Shown piece by piece: positions 12,201-25,727 of a stretch of DNA of 64,000 nt. A program made the position numbers and the translations under genes. The DNA is from a virus (lineage: Duplodnaviria; Caudoviricetes), in the IMG/VR virus record IMGVR_UViG_3300021387_000299, positions 64,001 through 128,000 of that record. One strand, written 5' to 3'. Numbering within the stretch: position 1 is the stretch's first letter; the number at the start of each line of letters is the position of its first letter. The notes beneath the pieces were generated by a model, which worked only from the letters and a program-made list of their open reading frames with translations, was not told the DNA's origin and searched no databases.

Positions 12201-13197
12201 GTAACATATGTTCATTAGTAAAAGTATTTTCATCTTTAAATAATGCATTATTAACATTTTTTTGAATAACAATTCAATCATCGTCATCTGCGGTTGTTCC
12301 ATCAACAACGCAAATAACTAAATCTCCAATTTCACATTTTTCTCCCGCATAAGTACCAGCGGTAGCGACCTTGTATGTTCAGCCAGCTTCATGAATATCG
12401 GGTATATCTGTTGCGGAGGTAATAATTCCTTTATATATCATTGCATTATTATCTGATAATGAATCTGATATACTATCTGCAATAGTGTCATGCAAAACTT
12501 TTGCTGTAATTACGCGTCCAGTTGTTGCTGTACCGGCGGTAGCTTCAGTTTGAGACATAACAGAAAATGTACTATTATAGTCTAAGCCAAAAGCAATTCA
12601 ATAAGTTCCATTGTACACAAATGGAATTATGCTATTTTCAACTAATTCGTTTACATGTGTTAAATTGTTTATAGCCCTATTATAATATTTTTTTATAGAT
12701 TTTGCGCCTGTATTATTAACATTCAAAGTTAAACTATCGACAGTTCCGCTATTAGTATTATCAAAAGAAACAAGAATAACACTCCCTTTAACCAAGTCAT
12801 TAGATGTGAACTCTGCACAAGTTACTTTTTTTGCTGTTGTTGCACCTGCAGTTGAGCACTGGCCAATAAAAATTTTGCCATTACCTAATCCTAAATTAGA
12901 ACGTGCGGTAGAGGCTGTTGTACCACCGGTGCCGCCATGATCTATTCCAATAACTCCACTTACGTTTTGAGCAATATTGGCTTGTTCTGCATATTCAGCC
13001 TGAGTGCTCATAACAATACGATCTGTCCCGCCTGATATGGTAGGAGCATCATATACAATTTTGCCTAAATGATTTGATGTGTCTATAGCAAAATATACTG
13101 TTCCTTTTTCCAATGAAACTACTGGTGTACCATTACTATTTTTTTCTTCTAGTTTTGATATTGTGCCAGTTTTCATTTTTATTAAAGTATCTGCCAT
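9241..13197 (-). CDS. Long tail fibre protein with internal repeats (1318 aa, TGA=Trp)
   Basis: Track ORFs 12598..13227, 11665..12207 and 9241..11136 in one frame. ATG 13197 after AAGGAG. Repeats ATTGVYG.TKLS..AATPK, ITTD.FGHVT and GTVTS.T, plus a duplicated MI(Y/F)KG...AG-W-TYK...DW block. Confidence 0.85.
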
Positions 13198-13305
13198 CTG
13201 TGCTCTCCTTTCTCCTATATTATACAAAAAATTATCTCTAAAGAGATAATAAAATTTCTCTAAAGTAATTGAAAAAATAATTAGTTTATTTAGTGGTATT
13301 TGGCC

Positions 13306-13339
13306 AAAAAAAAAGAACCTCCCTTAAAAGGAGGTTCTT
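13306..13339 (-). terminator. Intrinsic terminator overlapping the stop codon
   Basis: AAGAACCTCC-loop-GGAGGTTCTT followed by a T-run. Confidence 0.8.
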
Positions 13340-14136
13340 AATGTTTGAGCAGTTGCGTTTTCAAGACCATCTGAATAATCTTCTACATCATCTGTTTGTG
13401 TTTGATTGTAATTATTTGTCAACGTAGGAATATCATAGCTTGGTAAATCAGTCCAATAAATAGTAGAATCTGCTTGATCTAACTTGTAATTAATTTGTTC
13501 TACCAAATTAGCCATCAAATCTACATCTAAATCTGCCTCAAGAGTAGTTTCATCCATTCCTTGAAGCACTTGCGCGACTGCTGTTTGCGTTCTTAAATTA
13601 TAAATAAAATTCTTATTTTCTTCATCTAATTGATAAAATCTAATAGCAAATTGAACTGGTCCAGATCCTTTTGTCGCAGTGCCTTCAATACATCAAGGAA
13701 TAAGCATTTTTGCTTCATGCGCATTGCCATCATCATCTATATAATATGGATATGATGTTATATCATAAAAAGGCACTATATAATATCCGCCTTCACCTTC
13801 TGCATTGATGAACTCAATTAAACAAGAAGTCTGAGATAAATCTTTATATTCATAGTATCTATCTACTAAAAAATAAATTGTTTCTGCTCTGTGGTCTTTA
13901 GAAACGCTTAAAAAAGTTGGAACTGAGATTGTTCTAGAATCTAAATCAACCTCAAATGTTTTTTCATCAGTTGGTAAAATAACAGATAAAATTGGCTGGT
14001 TATTATACGGATTTACTAAATGCATAATAACTTCATTATTTTCATCATATTGTATATTACCATTATCATCTAAAAGAGGTTCTCATTTTTCAATCCCCCA
14101 TAGATATTTAGCATATTCTTCAGGAGTTGTAATCAT
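13324..14136 (-). CDS. BppU-like baseplate/fibre-attachment protein (270 aa, TGA=Trp)
   Basis: ATG 14136 after AAGGAGG, TGA at 14083 and 13693 (LIP-W-CIEG), joining two track ORFs. Paralogous to the N-half of 14158..16299 (FE...RTISVP...D..AE...F..DRY...FAIRF). Confidence 0.65.
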
Positions 14137-14157
14137 TAATATTTACCTCCTTTCAGA

Positions 14158-16299
14158 TTATTGTGCTTCAACGTAAATTACGCCATAATTTATTGCTGAA
14201 TTAACAAATACACTTGCACCATTTAATTGATTTTCAAGAATTAAATAATATCTACCATTTGTTAAAGGCTTAAATGGAATAGAAGCTGCGCCATTTACAA
14301 ATGTAAGTTCTCCAGTAGCTTGTAACATATTTTCTGTAGCAATTGGATCTTCATCTTCTACGTCCGCAGAAATCTTATGCCACTCATAAGTTACTTTATC
14401 ATGATCGCCAACAGTAACATTTAAATCTGGAATATTTACTCTGCCTGCAACGATTGTTTCTTCCCATTCTGTCCAATTAATAACTGGAACTTCTGGCATT
14501 GCAGTAACACGACATACTCCTGCATCCAATAGTTCAGTTTCTGTATCATCATTATTAAAGTGATTATTAATTTTTACTGCATAGCAACCTGGCGCACTTG
14601 CTTCATAAGTAGCCTCTGTTGCTCCTTCAATCATGGCTGCATTCGCCATATTAACATCATAAATATCATCTGATTTATACCATTGATAACTTAAATTTTC
14701 AGTCTGATCTGCGCTATTTCCATCACTAGCAGTTGCGGTTGGTGCTAATGTAACAGTAGCAGGGCCAGTTGACTCAATATTATATTCAATATTACTTGTT
14801 GCAGCTGCGCCACTTTGACGAGTTTCTGGATTAATAAATTTAGTGTAATCAACCTGGTTAATAACGAAACGTTGAGGTTTATCTACATTTTCCTCATCCT
14901 GATGCATTGTGCGAGTAATTTCTGGCTTTGCTGCATAAGGAATATATAATGTAAAGCTATTTGCTGAATTTGTTTTAAATCCTGTAGCTCTATTTCTAGC
15001 ATTTACTCTATAATAACCAGGTTTTGTAATAACTGCTGATGCAGTTCTTTCATAAATCTGAACATTTCCATCTAAATTAGCAATATCTGTTTGTGTAACT
15101 GGTTGGAAAACATCATTTTCTTTTTTGATATAATATAATCTATTTGCATCACTATGATCTGAAACTTCAATAAAATTATAATTTTCAGTCTGAAGACCTT
15201 CAACACCACTATCTTCAGTAGCTTTATAATTAAATTGATACCAAATACTTCCACTATCATTAGTATATGCTTCAGCAATTAGTTTTAATAAACCAGCTGG
15301 CTGGTTCTTTGCGCCACCTTCTAAATTACGTGTATATGTTTCTTCTGCTAACAATGTTGCGTCAACATCTAAATTGCGTACAAATATAGGCTTTGCAGCA
15401 GGAGTTAGCGCACTAGCTGTTTCAGAGTCTGGATCTGAATTTTCAAAAATTCCACGCATTGTGGCAATAGCTGAAGAACTATTTAAAGTATTATATTTTA
15501 ATTCTTCATCATCCTCAAATAAAGTATAATGTAATGAGTCAGAAACTGTGATAGTTGCTGGTAATGAACTAAAACTATACAATAATTGGGCATTAGTATT
15601 AGCTTCATCACCTCTATCAGTCCATTCAACGAATCTAACTGCAAATCTAATTGTTCCTGTCTGTGCAGTTAAAACATCGTCAATTAACCAACCAAAAATA
15701 ATTTTGTCTTTTTCTGATTGAGTGTCTCTTAAGAAATCTCTTGATATACCCCTTGTGCCATCAGGCAATTCCCACTCAATATAAATATGACGAGTGTCTA
15801 AATCAACGGCATCAAAATATCTGTCAATTCTAAAGAAAACAACTTCTGCAAACTTATCTCCAACGACGCCTATTTGACTTAATTCTCCTGGAACTGTAAT
15901 TCCACGAGTATTTGCATTAATTTCAAAATAAGGCTCATCAAGAGGAAGTCTTAAAAAATAAGGATCTGACCCAGTTCTTCCATCTCCAATAGCTAACTCT
16001 GAGAGTGCTTCAATATTTTGGAAATATTCATTTAAAGTATTAATTCCAGTTGAAATAACACGTTCATTATTTTTTACGATTAAAAAATTGCCATTTTCAT
16101 CAAAATCGCTATCTTCACAAGGAACTAAATCCCAGCCACCGCCAGCAACTGAAACATACTTATAATTTTCAATAATTGGAGTTCCATCTGGATTAAATCC
16201 AACTTCTTTTTTAACTGGAGCTAAACCCAATTTTGCAGAGGCCATATCAAACAATACAGTATAGTTTTGTTTGTTATCACTATTAATATAAGTAATCAT
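14158..16299 (-). CDS. BppU-like baseplate protein with C-terminal Ig-like domains (713 aa)
   Basis: Intact ORF. N-terminal BppU-like region and LSYQWYK...GAT..TY...G.Y Ig-like motifs. Nine Trp, all TGG. Confidence 0.7.
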   Translation of the reverse strand: MITYINSDNKQNYTVLFDMASAKLGLAPVKKEVGFNPDGTPIIENYKYVSVAGGGWDLVPCEDSDFDENGNFLIVKNNERVISTGINTLNEYFQNIEALSELAIGDGRTGSDPYFLRLPLDEPYFEINANTRGITVPGELSQIGVVGDKFAEVVFFRIDRYFDAVDLDTRHIYIEWELPDGTRGISRDFLRDTQSEKDKIIFGWLIDDVLTAQTGTIRFAVRFVEWTDRGDEANTNAQLLYSFSSLPATITVSDSLHYTLFEDDEELKYNTLNSSSAIATMRGIFENSDPDSETASALTPAAKPIFVRNLDVDATLLAEETYTRNLEGGAKNQPAGLLKLIAEAYTNDSGSIWYQFNYKATEDSGVEGLQTENYNFIEVSDHSDANRLYYIKKENDVFQPVTQTDIANLDGNVQIYERTASAVITKPGYYRVNARNRATGFKTNSANSFTLYIPYAAKPEITRTMHQDEENVDKPQRFVINQVDYTKFINPETRQSGAAATSNIEYNIESTGPATVTLAPTATASDGNSADQTENLSYQWYKSDDIYDVNMANAAMIEGATEATYEASAPGCYAVKINNHFNNDDTETELLDAGVCRVTAMPEVPVINWTEWEETIVAGRVNIPDLNVTVGDHDKVTYEWHKISADVEDEDPIATENMLQATGELTFVNGAASIPFKPLTNGRYYLILENQLNGASVFVNSAINYGVIYVEAQ

Positions 16300-16318
16300 C
16301 TATTTTCCTCCTTCTTAT

Positions 16319-16353
16319 AAAAAGAAGGGAGAAGAAGTCATCTCTCCTCCCTT
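16319..16353 (-). terminator. Probable intrinsic terminator
   Basis: Imperfect stem AAGGGAGGAGA / TCTTCTCCCTT followed by CTTTTT. Confidence 0.5.
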
Positions 16354-16385
16354 AACTATTATATTTAATTTTTTATTAAATTAAA

Positions 16386-16604
16386 TTATTTGGAACTGAC
16401 CACGTTATATACTTCTTTCCAATCATCAACATCATCTGCAAAAACTGTTATCATTTTAACAAAACTTTTATTATCTTTTGTTAAAAATTTATTAGTATCA
16501 GCTTCTAAACGATATTTTACAATAGAAGGAATTCCTTCAAGATGAACTGGAGAAGTAATTATTCCATTAGTTCCAACATATGTATAAATAGGTGTTTTGG
16601 TCAT
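16386..16604 (-). CDS. Small hypothetical protein (possible tail-tip chaperone), 72 aa
   Basis: RBS GGAGG, ATG and TAA; directly follows the giant tail protein. Confidence 0.7.
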   Translation of the reverse strand: MTKTPIYTYVGTNGIITSPVHLEGIPSIVKYRLEADTNKFLTKDNKSFVKMITVFADDVDDWKEVYNVVSSK

Positions 16605-16621
16605 AAAAAATCCTCCAAATT

Positions 16622-19600
16622 TTAATTAGCTGCAATATAAGTTTTAGTCTCAATATTAGAGAAATAACTTTCAATCAATGCAAATCCTTCATATTGAGTT
16701 TGAGATTTATAATAGAAAGTCATATTTGAAGTTTTTCCACTACTATGATTATATACTTGCCCACTAACAGTACCGCTATTATCTAATAAGTTTCTACTAC
16801 TTACTAAATATAGATTAGATCCTTCTGTAAGAGATCCAATTTCAAATTGTTCAACTGAGCAAAGCTGATTACCAAAGCATAAACTTCCAATTTTTACAAC
16901 AGAAGCTGGTACTTTAACCAAATCTAATGTAATAGTACGTGCAAATCCACTATTAAATGCGGAATCGCCAATTCTGGCAAGAGTAGAAGGTAAAATAATA
17001 CTATTTTCTTTTGGAGCGTCTGTAATTGGAGTAATTGTTTCAATACTTTCAAAACTCATAAAATATCTATTTCCAATTACACGTAATCCTTCAGGTAATT
17101 CAATATATTTTAAATGCATCGCAGTATAACTTGCAGGAGTAGAAGAAGATTCTAACATTCTTAATTTGCAAGGCTCTGCTTCGCTACTCTTTCAGAAAAT
17201 ATGAGTAATTTCTTTTGAATCTCCTCTGCTATTACTATTATTAAATGTTGAGCCTAACGTAATAATAGGTAAACCATTATAATAACTAGGCAAAGTTATT
17301 TTTCCAGTTAACTTATATCCATTTTTAATATTAATAGTATATCCATTTGATACATTATAAGCAGAATTTCAATAAGCTTCTGGTATAACAACTTCACTAA
17401 CACCTTCAACATATGAAGTTGGGGTAAAATCAAAGCAATTTACATCAGTGGATTCATCATAAACAGATTGCTTCATATAAACTGCGTAAATTCTAATATC
17501 TTCTTCTGTTACTGAAGTAGCATCTAATTTTAAAAGAATAGAACTTAAACGGTTTTTATTTGTTGGTAAAGCATCTGCTTGATTTCTAGTATATCCTTTA
17601 AAAGAATAGATTTCTGTTAAACCTAAATTACCTGGGTCATATACCGGTAATTCTTGAGGATCTGGAATTGGTTTACCATAAGTTGTTTTTCTTGTGGTAA
17701 TTTCAACACCATCTGGATTTATATAATGAATTGTATATAAAGTTTGAGTAAATACTGCGTATAATTTAATAACTGTTTGCTCGGCTGAGAACACTTTGCT
17801 TAAACCCAATGAAGTCCAAGAGCTAGTTTCTGCATTATATGCAAGTTTAGATTCTACATCTAAGTCAGTTGGATTTACATACTCAAAAGCCCATCCTCTA
17901 AAATCATAAGTTTGTGGAGCAGAAATAACCTTTTGCGGTAAATCTTGAACTGGTTGTCCAGTAACAGCATCAGGAGAGTATCTAAATGTTTCAATTTCAA
18001 CTTCTTTGCCAGTATTCATATCAACTTGAACATATTTTCCTAAATATGCTTCATTGATATATCTTGCAGTAATCTTTAGTTTATTCCAATACTTATTATA
18101 TTTTGAAGTTAATTGATCTTCATCAATCTTGTGGTCTTCATCATTATTAACATATAATTCACCAGTAATTGCTGGAACAGAAGCTGAAATAGTGCCAACT
18201 GCATTATTAATAAATTGGTTAACATTATTACCTGTTACTGCTTCTCTATCAGCAATAAAATTATCTAATAAATCCAAATTGGTAATCATATCTTTATTTA
18301 ATGAATCATCATATGTATAAATTCTACCATTTAATGTATTGTTTAATCAATCATTAATATTATTATTTGTATATGGCTCATATGTACTATGATCTGTTAA
18401 ATAATAATAATCAATACCTGTTAATTGACTTTCACCATATTCAACTTGAGTATAAGGAGTCCATTTTACATTAAGAAGATTAGCTTTTAATCTATTTCCT
18501 ACACCAGTACCATATTTCAAATTATAAAGATTCTGTAAAATTTCATAAGAATCATAACCTAAAGCGTCACCTTCAAAATCAATGGTATTAATTAATGAAC
18601 CAGTTCCTGCTTTTGAAGAATCATAATCAGTTAAACCTTCAACATATAAACCTTTATATGTTTCTTTATCTCGATAAACAGCTTTTCCATCTACCATATC
18701 TAAGATAACTGGTTTTTCTCTTAAAATTCTTGTTAAGTTTTTATTTTCTACTAACTTTAAACTTTCAACAGTGTTTGGTAAATGAACAATATCTAAAGGT
18801 GCGCCATCTGCAAATGTAACACCCTGTAACTTAGTACCAAGAGCTCTAAATTCTTGTAATTTTCCAGCACCAGTTGCATCAATCTTACGATCTAATGAAC
18901 GAAGATTTGATAGAATAATTTTTTGTAACAATGGTTTCTTTTCTTCATTTGTATCTTCATCTCTTTCAGTATGTAATTCAAATGGATCGAGAGTCTCATT
19001 ATTAAAATATTCTGGAACATCACTGCCTAATGTAATATCAAGTAAATGTGGTGCATTAGCATATTTAATCTGATTAGGATACTTTGTGCTTAAATCACCT
19101 AAACTTGAAATATAAGGAGAACCTGCAAAATAGTTTAATTGTTGATCTACTGAACCAGATTTAAACGATTCTAAAATAGAAGGCGAAATAACCGTAGGAA
19201 TACCATTTGGATATTTTGCAGCATCATAAGATTCATTTGTTTTATATAAAATTTCATCTACAAATGTTGTTACATAGAAGTCTAAGAATGGAGTTACATA
19301 GAACTCAGGAGTTGCATCAATATAAGGAACTGGGTATGTTGCCACAACCTGACCTGCCGCAGGTGTACTACTATCAATATATTTATCAGATGTGGCAATC
19401 TGTTGGTTTGCAGTAACACGGAACATAATGCCAGCCATACCACCAGTAGAAATGGTAAAATCACCACCACTTCATTTAGAATCCATATAAAGAAGTCTAT
19501 TATTAATTAATAATTCTCTAGAAAGAATTCTATCACCTTGACATGCATATAAATAATCTGCTGTAGAATAAGTACCATCTTGATGCTTCCATCTCTGAAT

Positions 19601-22600
19601 TGTCGGTAATACATACTTATAATATTCATCAAGTCCAATAGCAATAATTGGTCTCTTACCTCTCATTGCATAAGAAGATCTAAATACATCAGGATCACAG
19701 GTATAAGCACCTTCAATACGTTGATATGTTAATTTACTGCGTCTTAAAGCTTGATAAGTAGAAATAATTTCTGATTTAAACAAATCATAGAAGTTAGTCC
19801 ATAATACACTTGTTCCAGTAGAGAATGTACGGTTTTCAGTACAATCTTCATTATAATCTCATAATCAAGCTCCAACGTTATTTAAACCTAATTGAGTATC
19901 AACATCATAAAAGATAGGATACCAAATATAATCCCCACCTTTTTTGTGCGGTCCAAATGTTGCCATCATCATATTTTTACCACGTGAATCATAGCAAAGC
20001 AACAATTCAGTCATAATGAAATAAATAGTGCAATAATGTTTATCAAAGTGATCATTAAACTCAGAATAGAATTTCTGTTTTCTATATTCAACAGTATCTG
20101 CTGAGAATTCACCATATAATATTACTGAATTTGCGCCAGCATCAAATCATTGACCTTCTGCATATTGATACCAAGATCCTCTTTGATTAGTAACATTTTC
20201 TGTTACTTCATAATGACCTACTGGTAATGTACCAACAACAGTTGGTTTCTTATTTTTTGGATCATCTTCTGATAAAGGAGCGTCAACCAAATCGACTGGA
20301 GTAGTAATATTAATAGAATAAACATAAGAAGCTGTTGGATCATCTGATTCTCTCGAAACAATATATCTAATAGGCTCATCGAATGTATTATTTGTTGCTG
20401 ATGTGCCATCTGTTGAATCTAATCAATTAAATACACGTTCAAAATTAGCGAATTTAGCACGCAAATAATTACAAATTGCAGCATTACTTTCGTTTGCAAT
20501 ATATTGAGGAACGAAACTCTTTCCATCATCATCTGTTGTCTTATATTTTTGAGCAGCCTCAATTTGATCTGCTTCAACGTTATAACGAGGTTCAAAATGT
20601 AATGAGACTTCCAATTTAGGATTTGTTGCATCAGAATCTTCTGTTAAAGCACCAAAACCAGCTGCGCGCATCTGCTCATTTGGATATCTAAACGAACACC
20701 AAGTACCTTGATTATCTCTTAATTCTCAACATTCTGCTACATCTTTTATATAAGGATGCTCATGAGTTGCAGCAATTGTTTCGCCATCATCCTCATATTC
20801 ATATCAAGTTTTATCTACATATGGATGTTCAATCTCTTCTTCGAATCCATAATATTCATTTGAACTCTTATCAAGGTTCATATTATATCTACCAATATAT
20901 GTATATTCATTTTCAGCAGTTTTATGGAAAACTAACATTGGGAATCCATAAACACTTGTTCGATATACTGAACTATCCAAATCTCTTAAATTTAAATCTT
21001 CAAGAGGATGTTTGTCATAAATACCATTACCCATAAGATTAGCAAAACCAGTATTGTAAGAACCAGAAGATTCCATATAGTCAATCTTTCAAGTAAATTT
21101 ATTAGTACCTAAAGTTTCACTATCCATATGTCATTTTTTAGAAATTTTTTCACCAGTTTCAAGCGTAGCTCCATCAGCGATAGGTTTTCCTGCTAAAGAA
21201 CCTTGCGTATAAACTCAAGTCTTTTTTGCGCTCTTAAATTTGGTTTTAAAATTACGTCTTGGATAAATCTGTGAAGATGTACCTTGTACATTCAAGTCAA
21301 CATTATCTGCTGTAAAACTAGGACAATGTGTATAATATTCATACTCAGAAATTCCACCCTTTTCTGGACCAAGGCTCAATAAATAATCCGCTGTCGGATT
21401 AACAAATTCAATTGTTACATTTTTATTGCCGCCTTTAAAATGTGGTAACTCTCTATCGGCCTCAGATAATTTTGTCATATCAATAACTGCATATGGCATT
21501 GTAGGAGCATCTGGATGCTCAGCATTATACTGAACCAATAATTCATATGATAATTTAGTATCGTCATTTTTATCAGTTAATAAATTTTCATCATAAAGTG
21601 CAATACTCTTTAAGTCAGAAAGATAATTGTGAATTACTTCTGGCATTGTAAGAGCAATTTCATAAAATCTTAATTTATATAAATCAAAATCACAATATTC
21701 TGAATTAATTAAGAATGGAATGTTTACCATATCAATTGCGGCAACGTTACTTAAATTAACAGCGCCTGATAAAATACCATTCAAATAAATAGATAATGTT
21801 TTTCTAATACTATCTATTACAAATGAAATATTAATGATTTCGTTTTCTTTATAACGTACGTTAACTGTTTTCCCAGAAGTTCTAAAGTAAGCTTCTTGAG
21901 TACCAATACAGAATCCTTCATTATTTTCATTAAGATACTTCATGGCAACATTATTTTTAGTTTCAACAACTTTATCTGTTGTATCTTTTTCATTCATAAC
22001 AGGGTTGCCATCACCATCTCTATATAATGTTCCACCTCTAGCTGCAATCTGATCTAAAGTTAATGGAGCACCAGTTGCTTCAACTTTATTTCCAGATTCA
22101 TCAACATAATCAATACCAATGATTTTTCCATCTTGATCAATTCAACCATATTTAGGAATTTCTGTAACTAATGTGCCATATTTTTTAGCATTTCTTACTC
22201 TAAATCTAATTTCAAAACTATGTCCAACGCTACCAGTATTCATCGTAACTGTTTTAAATGGAATTTCTACGCTTGCGCCATTAGCAACAGATAAGAAAGA
22301 ACCAAAACCATCTTGATTATCTTGTCATCCATTGTTATACCAGTTAAAATTATTTAATTGTGCAGTATATGTCCCTTTAATTGTAGATTCCCAAACGCCT
22401 CTTGTTGTTTTAACTTCTCTACTAGAACGTCCTGCCGCATCAAAATTAAGAGCTAATGAAGAAATATTCTTTAAAGATAAATCTCTTGAACCTTCATCTG
22501 TAATATTAATAATAACTTCTTTACTTGAAACACCACAAGCAATAGTAAATCTATTTTCTCCTAATTGGTATAAAGATGTAACATCCCAATACAATCATCC

Positions 22601-23839
22601 ATCATCATGATATCTTTCTTCTGCTTCTCCAACTTTTACACCATTTCTATAAAAGATAATTTCAGTATCAGTTGCCCCTGCCTTTGGATCAAATATCATA
22701 TATGGAATTACAGCGTTTTCATATTGGATAACAGTCTCTGGAACATCGCCAATCCAAATAATTGGAACTTCTTCTCCGCTTCTTGCTCAAGCAGCTTCAT
22801 AACTAATAAATGAAGAAGTTAATTCTACTCCTCCAATTTCTGCACTTAGGCTTAAATCAATTGTATGAGTACCATGAGACTGTTCTGGAATACTAACATA
22901 TGAAGAAGTTCCATTTAAATCATTCGCACTCAATGTTTTTGAAAGAGATTCTACTTCATTGTTATCAATCATAACATGTAAGGTTGCTCTAGATAAACCT
23001 AAACCATAAGGAGCATATTTTAACTGTAAATCTCCAGCAGTTGTAATAGAAATATAGTTATTCGGATTATTTGGATCTACTGGTTTTTCAAGATGCATGT
23101 CAATAAAACGAATATTGCTAAAAATACGAGTAGCAGGAGTTTCTGCCATTGCAGATTCGGCTGTAATTCTTACATACATTCCTGTTCCAACATAATCTAC
23201 ACTACCAAAATCAACCGCAAATTGTTCTCCAATTGGAACTATATTTTTAATAGTAGCAACTGGCTCTTGCTTTAAGTCGGATGATGCAAAAAATTCTACT
23301 GTAACATTTGCTTCATCGTCTTCTGTCGTGGAAGTAATTGTAAAAAGAACATTAAAATGTTGTTTAGAGATGTAAGAATAACTACCAGTAATAGTAGAAG
23401 TATCTGGAATAATAGTTAAAGCAGAAACTTTAGTTCCTCCACCACCACTACCAGAGCCACTAACAGCAAGTAATGATGCTACTATAATTTTTTCAGCTGA
23501 ATTAACTGATTCTACTCTAAAGAATCTACCATCTGAATTAAGAATTAATGCATCTCTTTGAGGTTCAACTGCTGCATTATCTAAAGCGTCCATACTAATA
23601 AAATAAGTTGTATCGCTATCATCTTCAGATTTTTTTCTAATTTGTTCTTCCGTTCCATCCGCATAAACAATACCTGAACCTGTGGCTCCGCCACCGCTCA
23701 TTATATGCTTAGAACCATTTACATCAAGAATAATTTGATTAGTATCATATGCAAAATAAATTTTACCATCATAATAATCTTGTTCCATGATTTGATCATA
23801 AGTCCCACGGATAGGCCAGAACTTAATTTTATCAGCCAT
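16622..23839 (-). CDS. Giant putative virion protein (2405 aa, TGA=Trp): LamG-like, CotH-kinase-like, LRR-like, InlB-B-like and BspA-type LRR segments
   Basis: Nine track ORFs (22787, 22325, 21215, 20804, 20423, 19472, 18347, 17369, 16622) share one frame. Motifs VQGTSSQIYPRRNFK, T-W-KIDYMESS, YIGRYNMN.DK, DSRGKNMM and WYPIFYDVDTQLG. C-terminal IELPEGLRVIG / ILPSTLARIG..AF / VPASVVKIG repeats. Confidence 0.75.
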
Positions 23840-23862
23840 ATATTTTCTCCTTTCTCTTAATA

Positions 23863-23898
23863 TAAAAAATAGGGAGAAGGAATAACCTTCTCCCCTAT
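23863..23898 (-). terminator. Intrinsic terminator
   Basis: ATAGGGGAGAAGG-TTATT-CCTTCTCCCTAT followed by TTTTT. Confidence 0.75.
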
Positions 23899-23960
23899 GT
23901 TATTATCCTTCAGATAACCTAAAGGATAAGAAAGTTTTATTATCCTATTTTGTCCTTAGA

Positions 23961-25709
23961 TTAAAATGATCCTCAAACAAAATTAGCCGTAATTGCAGTT
24001 CCAGATGCGGTTACTGTTAAATTATCAGACCCAAGACTAAATCCTAAAGTGTCACGATTAATTTCAACATTATTCTCATCTTGAAGAACAATAGTTGAAG
24101 CAACTGTTGCAACGTTATTAGATGCAGATACTTCTGTTTTTGTATTTGTAGTATCAATCTTAGAAACAGTATCAACTACCTTAATAGGAGTAATAGTTGT
24201 CCCTGTTACGTGTCCATTATCTGTAGTAATGCCAGTTACAACATTAAATGTTTTCTCGTCATGAACATTCTGAGTATTTTCTGCTGTTGCGCTTGCAGCT
24301 GGAATATTTGCATTACCATTTGTAGAATTAGAAATAGTACCATGCGCAACTGTAACTACTGCTTGGCTACCAGTACTACCTGAATGTGTTGAACTAACAG
24401 AAACTTGATTGCCCGCTTCAATTTCAATAGATGCTAAAGTAGTATTGGTTTTATCTTTAATTTCAATGCCATTTCCAGTATTATTAGCACCTAATCCATA
24501 ATAAACTGTTACTTCATCACCTGCTGGAATTACATCATATTTAATTGCGCTTCCAGTGAATGGTTCTGTTGCTCCATTTGTTTTATTAGCATTAGATACA
24601 ATTAAAATATCACCCGTCTTAACATGAATCACTTCATTAGGATCAGTAGCAGTAGCAGAATTTGCTGCATATAAATCGAAATCTTCAGCTGCTTTAAATG
24701 TATCGCCAACATATACGCCATTAGTTTGATTTATAAGATCGTCACCAACAATTGTGCCTTTGTATACCATGGCATCAACATCACTCATTAAAGTGTCAAC
24801 TTCAGTTTTAGTATAAACCGGTAAATTTGCTACTCCACTAGCAAAAGCAATTTCATCTGCGCTTGCAGTGTGGTTTCCTAAAGTAATTTTAGGATTAATT
24901 GTTCCAGTATTTCCGTTATTTTCGCTATCCTTAACTGTAATATCAAAACCTGATACTGCATTATTACCAGCAGAAACTGAAGAAGGGGTTAAAGTCGTAT
25001 CTTTTGCCGCAATCACAATATTATCTGCTGTTCCAGTAATTGTTACATTATCACCTGCGGAAACTGTAATAGCGCCAACATCAGTTAATGTTCCAGAAGC
25101 ACTACTTTTACTCTGAAGCTTTACTGTTGCTCGATTACTATCTTGAGCAACTGCCGCAGAATGCATTTCATACGCTGTTCCAGTAATAGTAATATCTGTA
25201 CCAGAATTTGAAACATTTACTCCATTCGCACCAGTCATTGTAATAGCTGGAGTTGTAGTATTATCGTTCTGCTTAATGACATTATTATTTTGATCACACA
25301 TTGTCCATGTAATGGTAGCAACCCCATTATTTGTTGCAATGCTAGGAGTAAAATTTTTAATTGCTCTAGAGTCTGGAGCGTTAATTTGTGTCCATTGATT
25401 ATTATATTTGACCGCTAAAATATTGCCATTTGTAACATACGCAAAATCACCATCATTATACTTGGCTGCAAGAGTTGTGCCAGCAGTATCTTCTAATTCA
25501 GAAACATTTGTAACGACCGCAATGTTACTATTAACTGGTAAGGCTTTATTTGAGGCAGTACCAATATACAATCTACTGGTCTCTTTTTGATCATCAATAG
25601 TTAAATAAAAAGTACCTTCTTCAATAGCACCAACACCGTTATTAGCAGTTTTTAATGCATTAAGACCAGCTAACGTACCTTTTTTAAAATTAATTAAATT
25701 GAAAGCCAT
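23961..25709 (-). CDS. Tail fibre/spike-like structural protein (582 aa)
   Basis: Track ORF 23973..25709 extended through TGA to ...ANFV-W-GSF-TAA. Thr/Asn/Ala-rich beta-type protein with a TDNGHVTG fibre motif. Confidence 0.7.
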
Positions 25710-25727
25710 ATATTATCTCCTTTCTTT

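Noticed and set aside
1-13197. Diversity-generating retroelement or invertase shufflon acting on the fibre genes
   Set aside because: The repeats are diverged coding paralogues without adenine-specific mismatches. No reverse transcriptase, recombinase or inverted cassette is present in the window.
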